From NCBI GenBank assembly GCA_026982695.1, contig JALSGS010000013.1, positions 22,133-86,132 of the forward strand: a stretch of 64,000 nt of DNA, read 5' to 3'. Made by a program: the position numbers and the translations under genes. Shown piece by piece: positions 31,358 through 40,781 of this stretch (its first letter is position 1; every line of letters begins with the position of its first letter). The DNA is from Saprospiraceae bacterium. Its GTDB lineage: Bacteria > Bacteroidota > Bacteroidia > Chitinophagales > Saprospiraceae. The notes beneath the pieces are model-generated. The model saw only the letters and a program-made list of their open reading frames with translations, had not been told where the DNA came from and did no database searches.

Positions 31358-32947
31358 ATGAGCAAAAAAATATTTATATTCGATACTACTTTGCGCGATG
31401 GCGAACAAGTACCCGGATGCCAACTCAATACCGAAGAAAAAGTGGTCATCGCCCGGCAGCTCGAAGCACTTGGCGTAGATATTATAGAAGCTGGCTTCCC
31501 CATCTCGAGCCCAGGTGACTTTAAGTCGGTAGAAGCTATTTCTCAAGCCGTCAGTGAACCCGTCATCTGTGCACTAACACGTGCCGTAGAAAAAGATATA
31601 GAAGTAGCGGCACAAGCACTCCAACATGCACGCCGCAAACGCATCCACACGGGCATTGGCGCTTCAGACTACCACATCAAATACAAGTTCAACTCCACAC
31701 GAGAAGAAATCCTACAACGCGCAGAAGCCGCAGTGCGTTATGCACGCCGCTTTGTAGACGACGTGGAATTCTACGCCGAAGACGCTGGCAGAGCCGACGA
31801 CGAATTCCTGGCTCGCATGGTCGAACGTGTCATTGCCGCAGGTGCCACAGTAGTCAACATCCCCGATACCACAGGATACTGCTTGCCGGAAATGTATGGC
31901 GCCAAAATTCGCTATCTGATGAATCACGTATCTAACATCGATAAGGCCATCATCTCCTGCCATTGCCATAACGACCTAGGCATGGCTACAGCTAACACCA
32001 TTGCGGGTATTCTTAACGGTGCCCGCCAAGTTGAAGTCACTATCAACGGCATCGGCGAACGTGCAGGCAACACCTCTTTGGAAGAAGTGGCCATGATCTT
32101 GAAAACCCACAAACACCTGGGCTTTCACACCCACATTCAAAGCCAAAAGATCTACGCCGTCAGTCAGCTCGTCTCGCGCATGATGCGCATGCCCGTACAA
32201 CCCAACAAAGCCATCGTAGGGCGCAACGCCTTTGCCCACTCCTCAGGCATCCACCAAGATGGTGTGCTCAAACACCGCGAGAATTACGAGATCATTGCCC
32301 CCGAAGACGTCGGTATTCCCCAATCGAGCATCATTCTGACGGCACGCTCAGGTAAAGCCGCGCTCAACCACCATCTGCGCATGTTGGGCTACCAGCTCAG
32401 CCAACAAGAGCTCCAAAAGGCTTACGCCAAATTTTTGGTACTAGCCGACAACAAAAAAGACATTACCCAAGACGATCTGCGCGAAATGATGGAAGGCAGC
32501 CAGGCACGCACCCACAAACCTACGATCAAACGCCTACAAATCCTGTGTGGCAAGCCACTACACCCCGTAGCTACAGTAGAACTCGCTTATAACGGATACC
32601 TCTACCGCGCCAGCGAAACAGGTAATGGCCCTGTCAATGCCGCCTACCGCGCCGTAGATCGCATCCTCAACAAAAAAATCCACCTCGAAGAATACCTCGT
32701 GCAATCCATTACCAATGGCAGCTACGACACAGCCCAAGTACACGTGCGTGTCGAACACAAGGGCCGTACCTATAATGGCTTTGGTCTCGACACCGATATC
32801 GTCGTAGCGTCCGTAAAAGCCTACCTCAACGCCCTGCATGCGGCTCCTGTATGGGATAGCCTCATAGGGCAAGTGAATAGCCCCAACGATAGAATACCTG
32901 CTTCTTTGACAGAGCAGCAGGCTATCAAACTAAACCACACGTACTGA
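31358..32947 (+). CDS. leuA: 2-isopropylmalate synthase
   Basis: Motifs: [34 protein letters not shown], and a C-terminal LeuA dimerisation/regulatory domain. Confidence 0.95.
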   Translation: MSKKIFIFDTTLRDGEQVPGCQLNTEEKVVIARQLEALGVDIIEAGFPISSPGDFKSVEAISQAVSEPVICALTRAVEKDIEVAAQALQHARRKRIHTGIGASDYHIKYKFNSTREEILQRAEAAVRYARRFVDDVEFYAEDAGRADDEFLARMVERVIAAGATVVNIPDTTGYCLPEMYGAKIRYLMNHVSNIDKAIISCHCHNDLGMATANTIAGILNGARQVEVTINGIGERAGNTSLEEVAMILKTHKHLGFHTHIQSQKIYAVSQLVSRMMRMPVQPNKAIVGRNAFAHSSGIHQDGVLKHRENYEIIAPEDVGIPQSSIILTARSGKAALNHHLRMLGYQLSQQELQKAYAKFLVLADNKKDITQDDLREMMEGSQARTHKPTIKRLQILCGKPLHPVATVELAYNGYLYRASETGNGPVNAAYRAVDRILNKKIHLEEYLVQSITNGSYDTAQVHVRVEHKGRTYNGFGLDTDIVVASVKAYLNALHAAPVWDSLIGQVNSPNDRIPASLTEQQAIKLNHTY

Positions 32948-33003
32948 AGCCATACGACGAACTGCATTCATAGCTACGGTTGACAAAACCAATTAATTTC
33001 CTC

Positions 33004-33040
33004 GGCCGATCACACTACATGCGATCGGCCTTTTATTTTT
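33004..33040 (+). terminator. Rho-independent terminator of the leu operon
   Basis: GGCCGATC-(11 nt)-GATCGGCC followed by TTTTATTTTT, about 55 nt after the leuA stop. Confidence 0.75.
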
Positions 33041-33371
33041 CCTTTCGGAAAAACAGCCATATACGCTCGTCACATTTTTTCACAGATATGACTACATCCA
33101 CTCAAGCCTAAGCCCTAAGTTGATATCTCATCATTCCCGCGGACAAAAATCGATACAAGGCATCTTAATGCCTCATCAGAGCAAGCCCCCCGTAGACCTA
33201 AAGACCTACCACATGCCTTTTCCCAAATGCCGATGCCATTGTAAATATCCTCCCTACAAGCACTTGCCCTGGTTTAAAGTGATTTACTACCACCAAACCA
33301 GGCAATTATGGAAACCACCACCTGTGCACGCATCCTGATCGTGGATCTAAGTGTGATCCTCTGACACGCAC

Positions 33372-33908
33372 TCAAACCAACGACCGACCGGCACCTCTCG
33401 GGCCTAATTCGATCACTTCCAAGTCGCGCACCTGCCCTTCGTGGCAAGTGAAGCGCAGAAGGGTATTTACTTTGTGAAATCCTTCTCGTCCACAGGCACC
33501 GGGATTTAGGTGTAGCAAATGATGGCGTGTGTCGGGCATCACCTTGAGTATATGGGAATGCCCGCACACGAACAGATCTGGCTGGTATTTCGGCAGTAGC
33601 TTCTTTACCCGTGGCACATAGCGGCCCGGATAGCCGCCGATATGTATCATCCACACCTTTAGTCCTTCACAACTAAACAGCACATCCTCGGCATATCGCT
33701 GGCGCAAAGCAGGCCCATCTATATTGCCATACACAGCCCGTAGCGGCTTGAACGACTCAAGCCAGTCGGCCACCGCCTCTGTACCAATATCACCTGCATG
33801 CCATATCTCATCACAGGCATCGAAATAGTGCGCCACGCGCTCGTCCAAAAACCCATGTGTGTCCGACATCAAACCTATGCGCTTCATCAGATCATCCGAA
33901 TTTACCAC
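33372..33908 (-). CDS. Metallophosphoesterase, YfcE/MJ0936 family
   Basis: Motifs: IGLMSDTHG, WHAGDIG, VYGNIDG, VCGHSH. The alternative start MKRIGLM is at 33887. Confidence 0.85.
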   Translation of the reverse strand: MVNSDDLMKRIGLMSDTHGFLDERVAHYFDACDEIWHAGDIGTEAVADWLESFKPLRAVYGNIDGPALRQRYAEDVLFSCEGLKVWMIHIGGYPGRYVPRVKKLLPKYQPDLFVCGHSHILKVMPDTRHHLLHLNPGACGREGFHKVNTLLRFTCHEGQVRDLEVIELGPRGAGRSLV

Positions 33909-33914
33909 CCACTT

Positions 33915-34877
33915 CTAAGGTTTTAACACAATTTTGCCGAATTGCTGGCCCGCCTGCATTTTGGCAAAAGCCCCATCAGCTTCCGCCAGTGGCCACACAG
34001 AATCGATTACGGGTACCAGGCGATGCTCAGCTACAAAGGCGATCATCTTCGCAAATTCTTCCTGTGTGCCCATAGTCGTACCCAAAATGGTAGCCTGGCG
34101 CCAAAAAAGCGTCTGAGGGCTCAACCCTTCAATAGCACCTAACGTGCCGCCATAAATCACTATTCGTCCTGCAGGCGCAACCAGTTGAGCCAACAAGCCA
34201 AAACTGCTCCCACCCGCACTGTCGATAATCAGGTCGAAAAGACCCGCTCGTGCCTTGAGCTCTTTGTGCCAGTCAGCTTGTCGATAGTTGACACCACCAG
34301 CCACGCCCAGTTGGCGTGCCCGTGCAATCTTACTATCATGGCCCGAAGTGACCCACACCTCATATCCCGCAGCCAACGCAAACTGACAGGCCATCAATGC
34401 CACGCCTCCGCCAATACCCGAGATGAGAATGCGATCATTGTACTGCGGCTGTCCTTTGGTGAACAAAGCACGCCATGCCGTCAGGCCCGCCAGAGGTAAG
34501 GCAGCCCCCTGTTCAAAACTCAGATGAGACGGCATATCCACTACTTGGCTCGACTCAATAGCTACATATTCGGCAAAAGTACCATGCCGCGGCATACCCA
34601 AAATCTCGTAGTCAGTCCCTTGGACGCGTGGATCATCTCCCCAACCCAAAGACGGGTTGATAAGTACTGCCCGGTCATCGATTAGTCCTGCCCCGTCAGA
34701 GCCCAAAATCGTCCCTACCTTAATGCCCGGATATTTGCCTTGCACAATCCACAAGTCGCGGTGATTGAGTGCCGCTGCCTGCAACGACACCACTACCTGC
34801 CCCCTAAGAGGTCGGGGCTCAGGCATATCTCGCACTACTGGAAATGCGCCAATATCTGTGAGCACAACTGCTTTCAT
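33915..34877 (-). CDS. Zinc-type alcohol dehydrogenase / quinone oxidoreductase family (MDR superfamily)
   Basis: Motifs: MKAVVLTDIG..., AAALNHRDLWI, Rossmann motif ISGIGGGVALMACQFA, C-terminal FGKIVLKP. Confidence 0.85.
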   Translation of the reverse strand: MKAVVLTDIGAFPVVRDMPEPRPLRGQVVVSLQAAALNHRDLWIVQGKYPGIKVGTILGSDGAGLIDDRAVLINPSLGWGDDPRVQGTDYEILGMPRHGTFAEYVAIESSQVVDMPSHLSFEQGAALPLAGLTAWRALFTKGQPQYNDRILISGIGGGVALMACQFALAAGYEVWVTSGHDSKIARARQLGVAGGVNYRQADWHKELKARAGLFDLIIDSAGGSSFGLLAQLVAPAGRIVIYGGTLGAIEGLSPQTLFWRQATILGTTMGTQEEFAKMIAFVAEHRLVPVIDSVWPLAEADGAFAKMQAGQQFGKIVLKP

Positions 34878-35097
34878 ATGATGAGTTATTTGCCCGCAAA
34901 TAAGGTAAAAAGATCACTCAAGTAAAAAATTCGCCCACAACAACTCCCCCTTCGAGTCAATCAGCCCACCAAATTTCCTTCGCCACCTCAATCTCTACCA
35001 CCTACAATGCACTACCCTCATTTACCACATTACCGGCTTTGCCATTACAAATCTTACCTTTGAGCTCATCAACTACCTACATACTATTCTGAGAGCT

Positions 35098-35517
35098 ATG
35101 ATCAGACAATTTTTCGCCTCAGCCCTGCTGCTTTTGGTAATTACCGGAATGGGATGCACCAATGGCACCGACCAATATTCCTCTGCCAATTCCCTACATG
35201 ATCAACTCATCGGCCGATGGGACGTGCGCGAGGCTATCTTTAACAATCGCCCCACTGATCGCCTCAGTGGTGCATACTTGGAGCTACTGTCCAACGGTAC
35301 CATGTACACCAACCTGGGAGGTACACGCCAACAGGGACAATGGTCGCTCGACCACCAGACACTCTACCAACAAGTGCCAGGACTTGAGGCACAATACGAA
35401 ATCGTATCTTTCCAAGATACGCTCATGACAGCTACCATGCGTATTCACCATTTTGTATATAAACTCTTGCTGGAAAAAGCCATGGCTGACACGACGTCCC
35501 AACAACAATTACAATGA
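35098..35517 (+). CDS. Small hypothetical lipoprotein (lipocalin-like size)
   Basis: Signal/lipobox MIRQFFASALLLLVITGMGC. 139 aa. ATGA overlap with the next gene. Confidence 0.55.
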   Translation: MIRQFFASALLLLVITGMGCTNGTDQYSSANSLHDQLIGRWDVREAIFNNRPTDRLSGAYLELLSNGTMYTNLGGTRQQGQWSLDHQTLYQQVPGLEAQYEIVSFQDTLMTATMRIHHFVYKLLLEKAMADTTSQQQLQ

Positions 35518-36047
35518 ACGTGGTAGTTGCTTCACTTAACCCCGTCAAAATAGCAGCTGCACACCAAGGACTAAAGCTGGTTTTTGGCGACAAGCTAAAA
35601 ATCAGTGGTCTTTCAGTGCCCAGTGGTGTAGCCGACCAACCCATGAGCAATTCAGAAACTTTGCGTGGTGCACAACAGCGTGTCGAAGCAGCACGCCTAC
35701 GCGCCCCCCATGCTGATTTGTGGATCGGCATAGAAGGTGGCGTTCATCCTGTAGGCTCCCTTATGGAAGCATTTGCATGGGTAGTAGTAGCTACCCCACA
35801 GCGACAAGGTCGTGCCCGTTCGGCAGCATTTCCACTGCCCCAGATAGCTAGTGAAAAGCTCAAAAAAGGACTTGAGCTGGGATCCATTATGGACGAACTC
35901 TTTCAACAATCGAACACCAAACACAAAGGAGGTGCCATCGGACTACTCACGCAAGGAGTTATTACGCGCACCACTCTATACGTCCAGCCGGTAGTCATGG
36001 CATGCATCCCGTTGCTACACCCCCATTGGTATCCATCTCACTGGTAA
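35514..36047 (+). CDS. yjjX: Inosine/xanthosine triphosphatase (YjjX / DUF84 NTPase)
   Basis: Motifs: VVVASLNPVKIAA..., GVADQPMSNSETLRGAQQRV, IGIEGG, AFAWVVV. These are typical of the Maf/Ham1-like YjjX family. Confidence 0.8.
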   Translation: MNVVVASLNPVKIAAAHQGLKLVFGDKLKISGLSVPSGVADQPMSNSETLRGAQQRVEAARLRAPHADLWIGIEGGVHPVGSLMEAFAWVVVATPQRQGRARSAAFPLPQIASEKLKKGLELGSIMDELFQQSNTKHKGGAIGLLTQGVITRTTLYVQPVVMACIPLLHPHWYPSHW

Positions 36048-36172
36048 ATTACCAGTCTCTACCGAATCATTACTCCATAAAGATCACACACATTTGGCCA
36101 TTGCCCAATTTGTCTCATGCCTATTACATCTTTTTGTGCAATCCACCGTTTCAATTACTAAAACCCCGCATT

Positions 36173-37624
36173 ATGTATCGCTGGCTCTTGCATATGGGCA
36201 TTTATCTCCTCATACCCATAAGTAGTTCAGCACTCAATGCCTCCATCCAAGTCCTACGCTTCAAACATCCTGGCCAAGGCAATGTGCTGGAGCTTAACCT
36301 CCATGTCGTAGGCCACACCCTCCAGTTCGATACACTCGGTCACGACAGCCTACAAGCACAAGTACAAGTGTTGATATTAGTCAAAAAATCAGATCAATGC
36401 ATTCGAGCGGAAAAAGCCTTGCTGCTCAGCCCGATCAGTCCCTTTCCCATAGACATCGTACACCAATGGCGGTTTGTCCTTCCCCAAGGCAATATGGAGC
36501 TCGAAGTACAACTAACCGATCCACACCAGCCCGACAGGGTGTTCACCATTCACCGCCCACTGAAATACGCTTTCCACCAAGTCCCCAGCCAATCAGACAT
36601 ACAACTACTCCAAGCCTTTTTCCCCACCGACAGCACAGGCCCCTTCGTGAAAAATGGCTTCTATCTACAGCCTCTTCCATTCAACTTATACCACAAACAA
36701 TGTGATCGACTCATTTTTTACAATGAACTATACGACACCGACAGTCTGCCCGATACGACCTTCGTACTTACCTGGCGTATCAACTACATCACCGATAAGG
36801 GGCATGTCACGCCTGTCATGATTGGGCACAAAAAGAAAGGACCCGCGCCCATCGTGCCCATACTCATGCAGGCTGACATTCGCCAACTCCCCTCGGGCAA
36901 TTACCTCCTTGAAGTGGAAGTGCGCGACGCACACAAGACACTGCTTTCGCAAAAAAGTGTGCGCTTCCACCGCACCAACCCTTACCTAAACATATCGCGT
37001 GAAGCCTTGGCCCAAATGTCACTAAATAGTGAGTTTGTCGCTACACTGGATTCTGCCCAGCTTCACTATAGCCTCAGAGCTATAGCGCCCCTAATCAACG
37101 ATTCTGACGGGCAGCTACTCAATAAGCTACTTAAAAGCGGTGACATAGCCGCTCAACGCCTTTTTCTCTTCCACTATTGGACTCAGCAAAATCCCAATCA
37201 TCCACAACAGGCCTACCAATCTTTTATGGCTATTGCACGTGCAGTAGACCGCAAATTCCGATCGGGTTTCGGCTATGGGTTTGAAACCGATCGAGGCTAT
37301 GTCTTTCTCAAATACGGGGCGCCTGACGACATAATCACCGTAGAAGATGAACCCGACGCCCCACCCTATGAAATATGGAGTTACAACTACTTGCCCCGCA
37401 CCGGCCAAACTAATGTTAAATTCCTCTTTTACAACCCATCTCTTGCCAGTGGTGACTTTAAATTGTTACATTCCACTGTGCGCGGCGAAGTCAACAATCC
37501 TCGCTGGGAAGTCATGCTTTATCGAAACAACCCCAACGAGTTGGAAGGCACCAATTTTGTGGATGGCACTATCATGCAAGACAAAATGGGGCGGCGTGCA
37601 CGTCGTTTGATGAACGATTTTTAA
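36173..37624 (+). CDS. GWxTD domain-containing protein
   Basis: Start trimmed to MYRWLLHMGIYLLIPISSSA (signal peptide). The C-terminal SGFGYGFETDRGYVFLKYGAPDDI...PYEIWSY matches the GWxTD signature (here GFETD). Confidence 0.75.
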   Translation: MYRWLLHMGIYLLIPISSSALNASIQVLRFKHPGQGNVLELNLHVVGHTLQFDTLGHDSLQAQVQVLILVKKSDQCIRAEKALLLSPISPFPIDIVHQWRFVLPQGNMELEVQLTDPHQPDRVFTIHRPLKYAFHQVPSQSDIQLLQAFFPTDSTGPFVKNGFYLQPLPFNLYHKQCDRLIFYNELYDTDSLPDTTFVLTWRINYITDKGHVTPVMIGHKKKGPAPIVPILMQADIRQLPSGNYLLEVEVRDAHKTLLSQKSVRFHRTNPYLNISREALAQMSLNSEFVATLDSAQLHYSLRAIAPLINDSDGQLLNKLLKSGDIAAQRLFLFHYWTQQNPNHPQQAYQSFMAIARAVDRKFRSGFGYGFETDRGYVFLKYGAPDDIITVEDEPDAPPYEIWSYNYLPRTGQTNVKFLFYNPSLASGDFKLLHSTVRGEVNNPRWEVMLYRNNPNELEGTNFVDGTIMQDKMGRRARRLMNDF

Positions 37625-37737
37625 GCTTTTGAAAAACGCGTGTCAAAACTATTGGCAAATTGAAATTCTCCTAATTTTACCTCCTTCACAATAGGCAAAC
37701 AATCCAACCACTTGACCACCAAAAACTCGATTGACCC

Positions 37738-38526
37738 TTGAGCGATAGTCTTGTCATTATTCCTACCTATAACGAAGCGGAAAATGTAGCCCGCATGGTT
37801 GAAGCGGTACATGTCCTACCGCATCCCTTCCACATCCTCATCGTAGATGATGGCTCACCCGATGGCACCGCCAACATTGTACGCCAACTGCAAAGGCGCT
37901 ACCCGCATTCCCTCTACCTCATCGAACGCCCTGGCAAGCTAGGGCTAGGTACGGCATACATCACGGGATTTCGATGGGGGTTGGTGCAAGGATATAAATA
38001 TCTGTTTGAGATGGACTGCGACTTTTCGCACAACCCCAAAGATCTACTACGCCTACGCCAAGCAGTAGCTACTGGCCTGGCCGACATGGCTATTGGCAGC
38101 AGATATGTACGTGGGGGCAAACTGGTCAATTGGCCTACCGACCGCATCCTGTTGTCGAAGGGCGCCTCACTATATGTACGCCTCTTTACAGGTATGCCTA
38201 TCAAAGACCCCACAGCAGGCTTTATATGTTATCACCGAAGGGTACTCGAAACACTCGACTTAGACAAAATCCGATTTATCGGCTATGCCTTCCAAATCGA
38301 GATGAAATTTGCTGCCCGCCAATTGGGTTTCCGCCTTATTGAAATCCCCATCACCTTCACCGACCGCATTGAAGGGCAATCAAAAATGAGCAAAGGCATC
38401 GTCAAAGAAGCTATTCGCGGCGTACTAGAAATGCGGCTACGCGCCTTCTTTAGCTCATACCGAAAAACTCAAATATCTACTACGCCGCCCAGCCCGACTG
38501 TTGAAGCACCTACCCTTAAGGATTGA
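37738..38526 (+). CDS. Polyprenol-phosphate mannosyltransferase (Dpm1-like GT2 glycosyltransferase)
   Basis: Motifs: VIIPTYNEAENV, ILIVDDGSPDGT, MDCDFSHNP, DPTAGFICY. TTG start. Confidence 0.85.
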   Translation: MSDSLVIIPTYNEAENVARMVEAVHVLPHPFHILIVDDGSPDGTANIVRQLQRRYPHSLYLIERPGKLGLGTAYITGFRWGLVQGYKYLFEMDCDFSHNPKDLLRLRQAVATGLADMAIGSRYVRGGKLVNWPTDRILLSKGASLYVRLFTGMPIKDPTAGFICYHRRVLETLDLDKIRFIGYAFQIEMKFAARQLGFRLIEIPITFTDRIEGQSKMSKGIVKEAIRGVLEMRLRAFFSSYRKTQISTTPPSPTVEAPTLKD

Positions 38527-38641
38527 ACGACGCCCAAAACACACAACGCAAGATACCATCATTAGCCACCCTGCCCATACGATACACGACTACATGCGCA
38601 CTACTACTGACAAAACCACTTTGCTTGTTTACCTTTGCCGC

Positions 38642-38852
38642 GGCTTTGGTTCTCCATAGGGAGAGGCAAGAGGGAATCAGGTGAGAATCCTGAACTGTAC
38701 CCGCAGCTGTAAGCTCTTGACACGCACGGCCAAGTATAGCCACTGTCCAATACACCTGTGCAGCAACATCATGCCTCATACGGACGGGAAGGCGGCCGTG
38801 CTTGCTGTGCCCCGCCCGCAGCAGAGAGCAAGTCAGAAGACCTGCCAAAGCC
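38642..38852 (+). promoter_or_regulatory. Cobalamin (B12) riboswitch aptamer
   Basis: Read directly from the sequence. The P1 stem pairs GGCTTTGG (38642-38649) with CCAAAGCC (38845-38852). The conserved core is AGAGGGAATCAGGTGAGAATCCTGAACTGTACCCGCAGCTGTAA, GCCACTG, GGGAAGGC, and the B12 box AGTCAGAAGACCTGCC. The ORF-track entries 38516..38848(-) and 38681..38959(+) overlap it and are spurious. Confidence 0.85.
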
Positions 38853-39035
38853 TACATATACTCCATTGCTTTCGGGCTAAAAGCGTTGGAGATGAAAGCC
38901 ATCTTCCTTTCCTTGAAAGCCATCTCGGGCAAGCACCTATTAGCGTGCTGTGGTGGTAATCGTCTTCAACACTTTGGGTTCTCCAAGCGCGATGGGCTGT
39001 TGCCCATCGGGCAACTCAATTCATTAACCACCAAA

Positions 39036-40091
39036 ATGAAAAAACTCATGCAACCTTTGCGCAAGCTCAGCTGGGCCCTCTTGGCCCTCGTCCTGTTGGC
39101 TTCATGCCGACGAAATGACGACACCCAACCCATCAGCTATCCTTACGAAAGTGGCATCTTCGTAGCTAACGAAGGCCCATTCCAAAACGGTACGGGCACG
39201 ATTACTTGGTATCACCCCGACTCGGCCATGGCCAAGCAAAACATCTTTCAGCAAGCCAATGACGGGCAGCCCTTGGGCAATATCGTCCAATCGCTCACTT
39301 TTGGCGACAGTCTCGGATACATCGTCGTCAACAATGCACACAAAGTCGTAGTAGTCCGCGCCAATACCTTCGAACAACTAGCCACCATCGAAGGCGTAGC
39401 GCTGCCACGCTACCTCATCGTCGATGGTGCCAAAGGCTATCTGAGCCAATGGGGTGCTGACGGCACCAGCGGTAGCGTAGCAATTATCGATCTGAGCAGC
39501 CGAATAGTAGAAGCGACCATAGCCACGGGCAGCGGCGCCGAAAGTTTGCTCCTCGACGGTAAACTCCTCTACGTAGCCAATGCCGGTGGCTTCGGTTCCG
39601 ACAGCACCGTGGCCGTCATCGACCTGGAAAACCGACAGTTAGTCCAGACCATCGTCGTAGGGCCCAACCCCAACACTTTAGTCAAAGATCAAAATGGAGC
39701 TATCTGGGTAGTGTGCAGTGGCAATTGGAGCACTGGTGCTAAAGGCCAGTTAGTTCAAATCGTCAACGGCGCAGTGGCCCAACAATTCGAAATAGAAACC
39801 GGATCGGGCCGCCTGACAATCGATACCGATGGCACTACCTTGTTCTTTATCAATGGGTTTGGGGGCGCTATCTGGCAACATCCCATCGATGCCACGACAC
39901 TGCGTACCGAAGCATTTGTCAGTGGCAGTTTCTACAGCCTGGGCTTCGACTACAGCCGCGGTTGGCTTCTCGCTTCTGATGCCGGCGACTTCAATAGCGA
40001 TGGCGAAGTGCGCATCTATAACATGGCGGGCCAACAAGTCGATGCCTTTAGTGCCGGTATCATCCCCGCTTATTTTGCCGTAAGGCAATAA
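39036..40091 (+). CDS. YVTN/YncE-like beta-propeller surface lipoprotein under B12-riboswitch control
   Basis: Start set to MKKLMQPLRKLSWALLALVLLASC (lipobox). Repeated blades have the YVTN-like pattern (GIFVANEGPF, GYIVVNNAHKVVVV, LYVANAGGFGSDSTVAVIDL, IWVVCSGNW, LLASDAGDFNSDGEVRIY). It lies 185 nt downstream of the riboswitch. Confidence 0.7.
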   Translation: MKKLMQPLRKLSWALLALVLLASCRRNDDTQPISYPYESGIFVANEGPFQNGTGTITWYHPDSAMAKQNIFQQANDGQPLGNIVQSLTFGDSLGYIVVNNAHKVVVVRANTFEQLATIEGVALPRYLIVDGAKGYLSQWGADGTSGSVAIIDLSSRIVEATIATGSGAESLLLDGKLLYVANAGGFGSDSTVAVIDLENRQLVQTIVVGPNPNTLVKDQNGAIWVVCSGNWSTGAKGQLVQIVNGAVAQQFEIETGSGRLTIDTDGTTLFFINGFGGAIWQHPIDATTLRTEAFVSGSFYSLGFDYSRGWLLASDAGDFNSDGEVRIYNMAGQQVDAFSAGIIPAYFAVRQ

Positions 40092-40105
40092 ATCCAAACA
40101 TCCCC

Positions 40106-40148
40106 ACGCGCGCTGTGCTGGGCGGGGGCACGGCGCGCGCGTTTTTTT
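40106..40148 (+). terminator. GC-rich rho-independent terminator
   Basis: CGCGCGCTGTGC...GCACGGCGCGCGCG followed by TTTTTTT, 15 nt after the stop at 40091. Confidence 0.7.
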
Positions 40149-40232
40149 CTATTAGCCATTGTGTAGCTAACAAAAAACATCTTACCTTTGCGGCGCTTTC
40201 AGAGGACCCGAATGCTTTAAATATTTTTACTG

Positions 40233-40598
40233 ATGGACGATTTGATTAAATACGTACAGGAGCAAACAGCTCGTCAAACTGATTGGCCTGCCTTCCGTGC
40301 TGGCGATACGGTAGCCGTACACTACAAAATCGTGGAAGGCAATAAAGAGCGCATACAGGTATTCAAGGGTGATGTCATCCAGATTAGTGGTTCGGGTGCT
40401 ACCAAAACCTTTACCGTTCGCAAAGTATCGGGTGGCATTGGTGTAGAACGCATCTTCCCCTTTACTTCTCCTGCTATTGTCAAAATCGAAGTACTGAAAC
40501 ACGGAAAGGTGCGTCGCAAGCGCCTGTTCTACTTGCGCGATCGCATCGGAAAGGCCGCACGCATCAAAGAACGCAAGCGCTATACAAAAACTCAATAA
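40233..40598 (+). CDS. rplS: 50S ribosomal protein L19
   Basis: Motifs: [29 protein letters not shown] and [45 protein letters not shown]. Confidence 0.95.
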   Translation: MDDLIKYVQEQTARQTDWPAFRAGDTVAVHYKIVEGNKERIQVFKGDVIQISGSGATKTFTVRKVSGGIGVERIFPFTSPAIVKIEVLKHGKVRRKRLFYLRDRIGKAARIKERKRYTKTQ

Positions 40599-40630
40599 AA
40601 AGTCATCCTCCTTCCATAACCTACACAAAA

Positions 40631-40662
40631 AGGGCTATACCCGTGGGTATAGCCCTTTTTGT
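40631..40662 (+). terminator. Rho-independent terminator after rplS
   Basis: GGGCTATACC-CGTG-GGTATAGCCC followed by TTTTTGTG. Confidence 0.75.
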
Positions 40663-40781
40663 GTACTCATATCTGGCTGAGCACATTGCACACACTACAC
40701 TTTTTATTTGCCTGCCAAGAGCTAACTTTGCACACCTAGCATGCAAAGGCCTACTATTGCTACAATTAGCTCCAGTGCACC

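Noticed and set aside
33041-33371. 330-nt convergent spacer after the leu terminator, containing a 72-aa ORF (33120..33338) and small hairpins (AGGCAT-CTTA-ATGCCT; CCTGGTTT..AAACCAGG).
   Set aside because: The ORF translation (His/Pro/Lys/Cys-rich) looks random. The hairpins are short and lack U-tracts, and no RNA family motif was recognised. I cannot support a feature from the sequence alone.
38516-39035. ORFs 38516..38848(-) and 38681..38959(+), and the 78-aa N-terminal extension of 38802..40091.
   Set aside because: They overlap the cobalamin riboswitch and its expression platform. The real CDS starts at the lipoprotein signal (39036).
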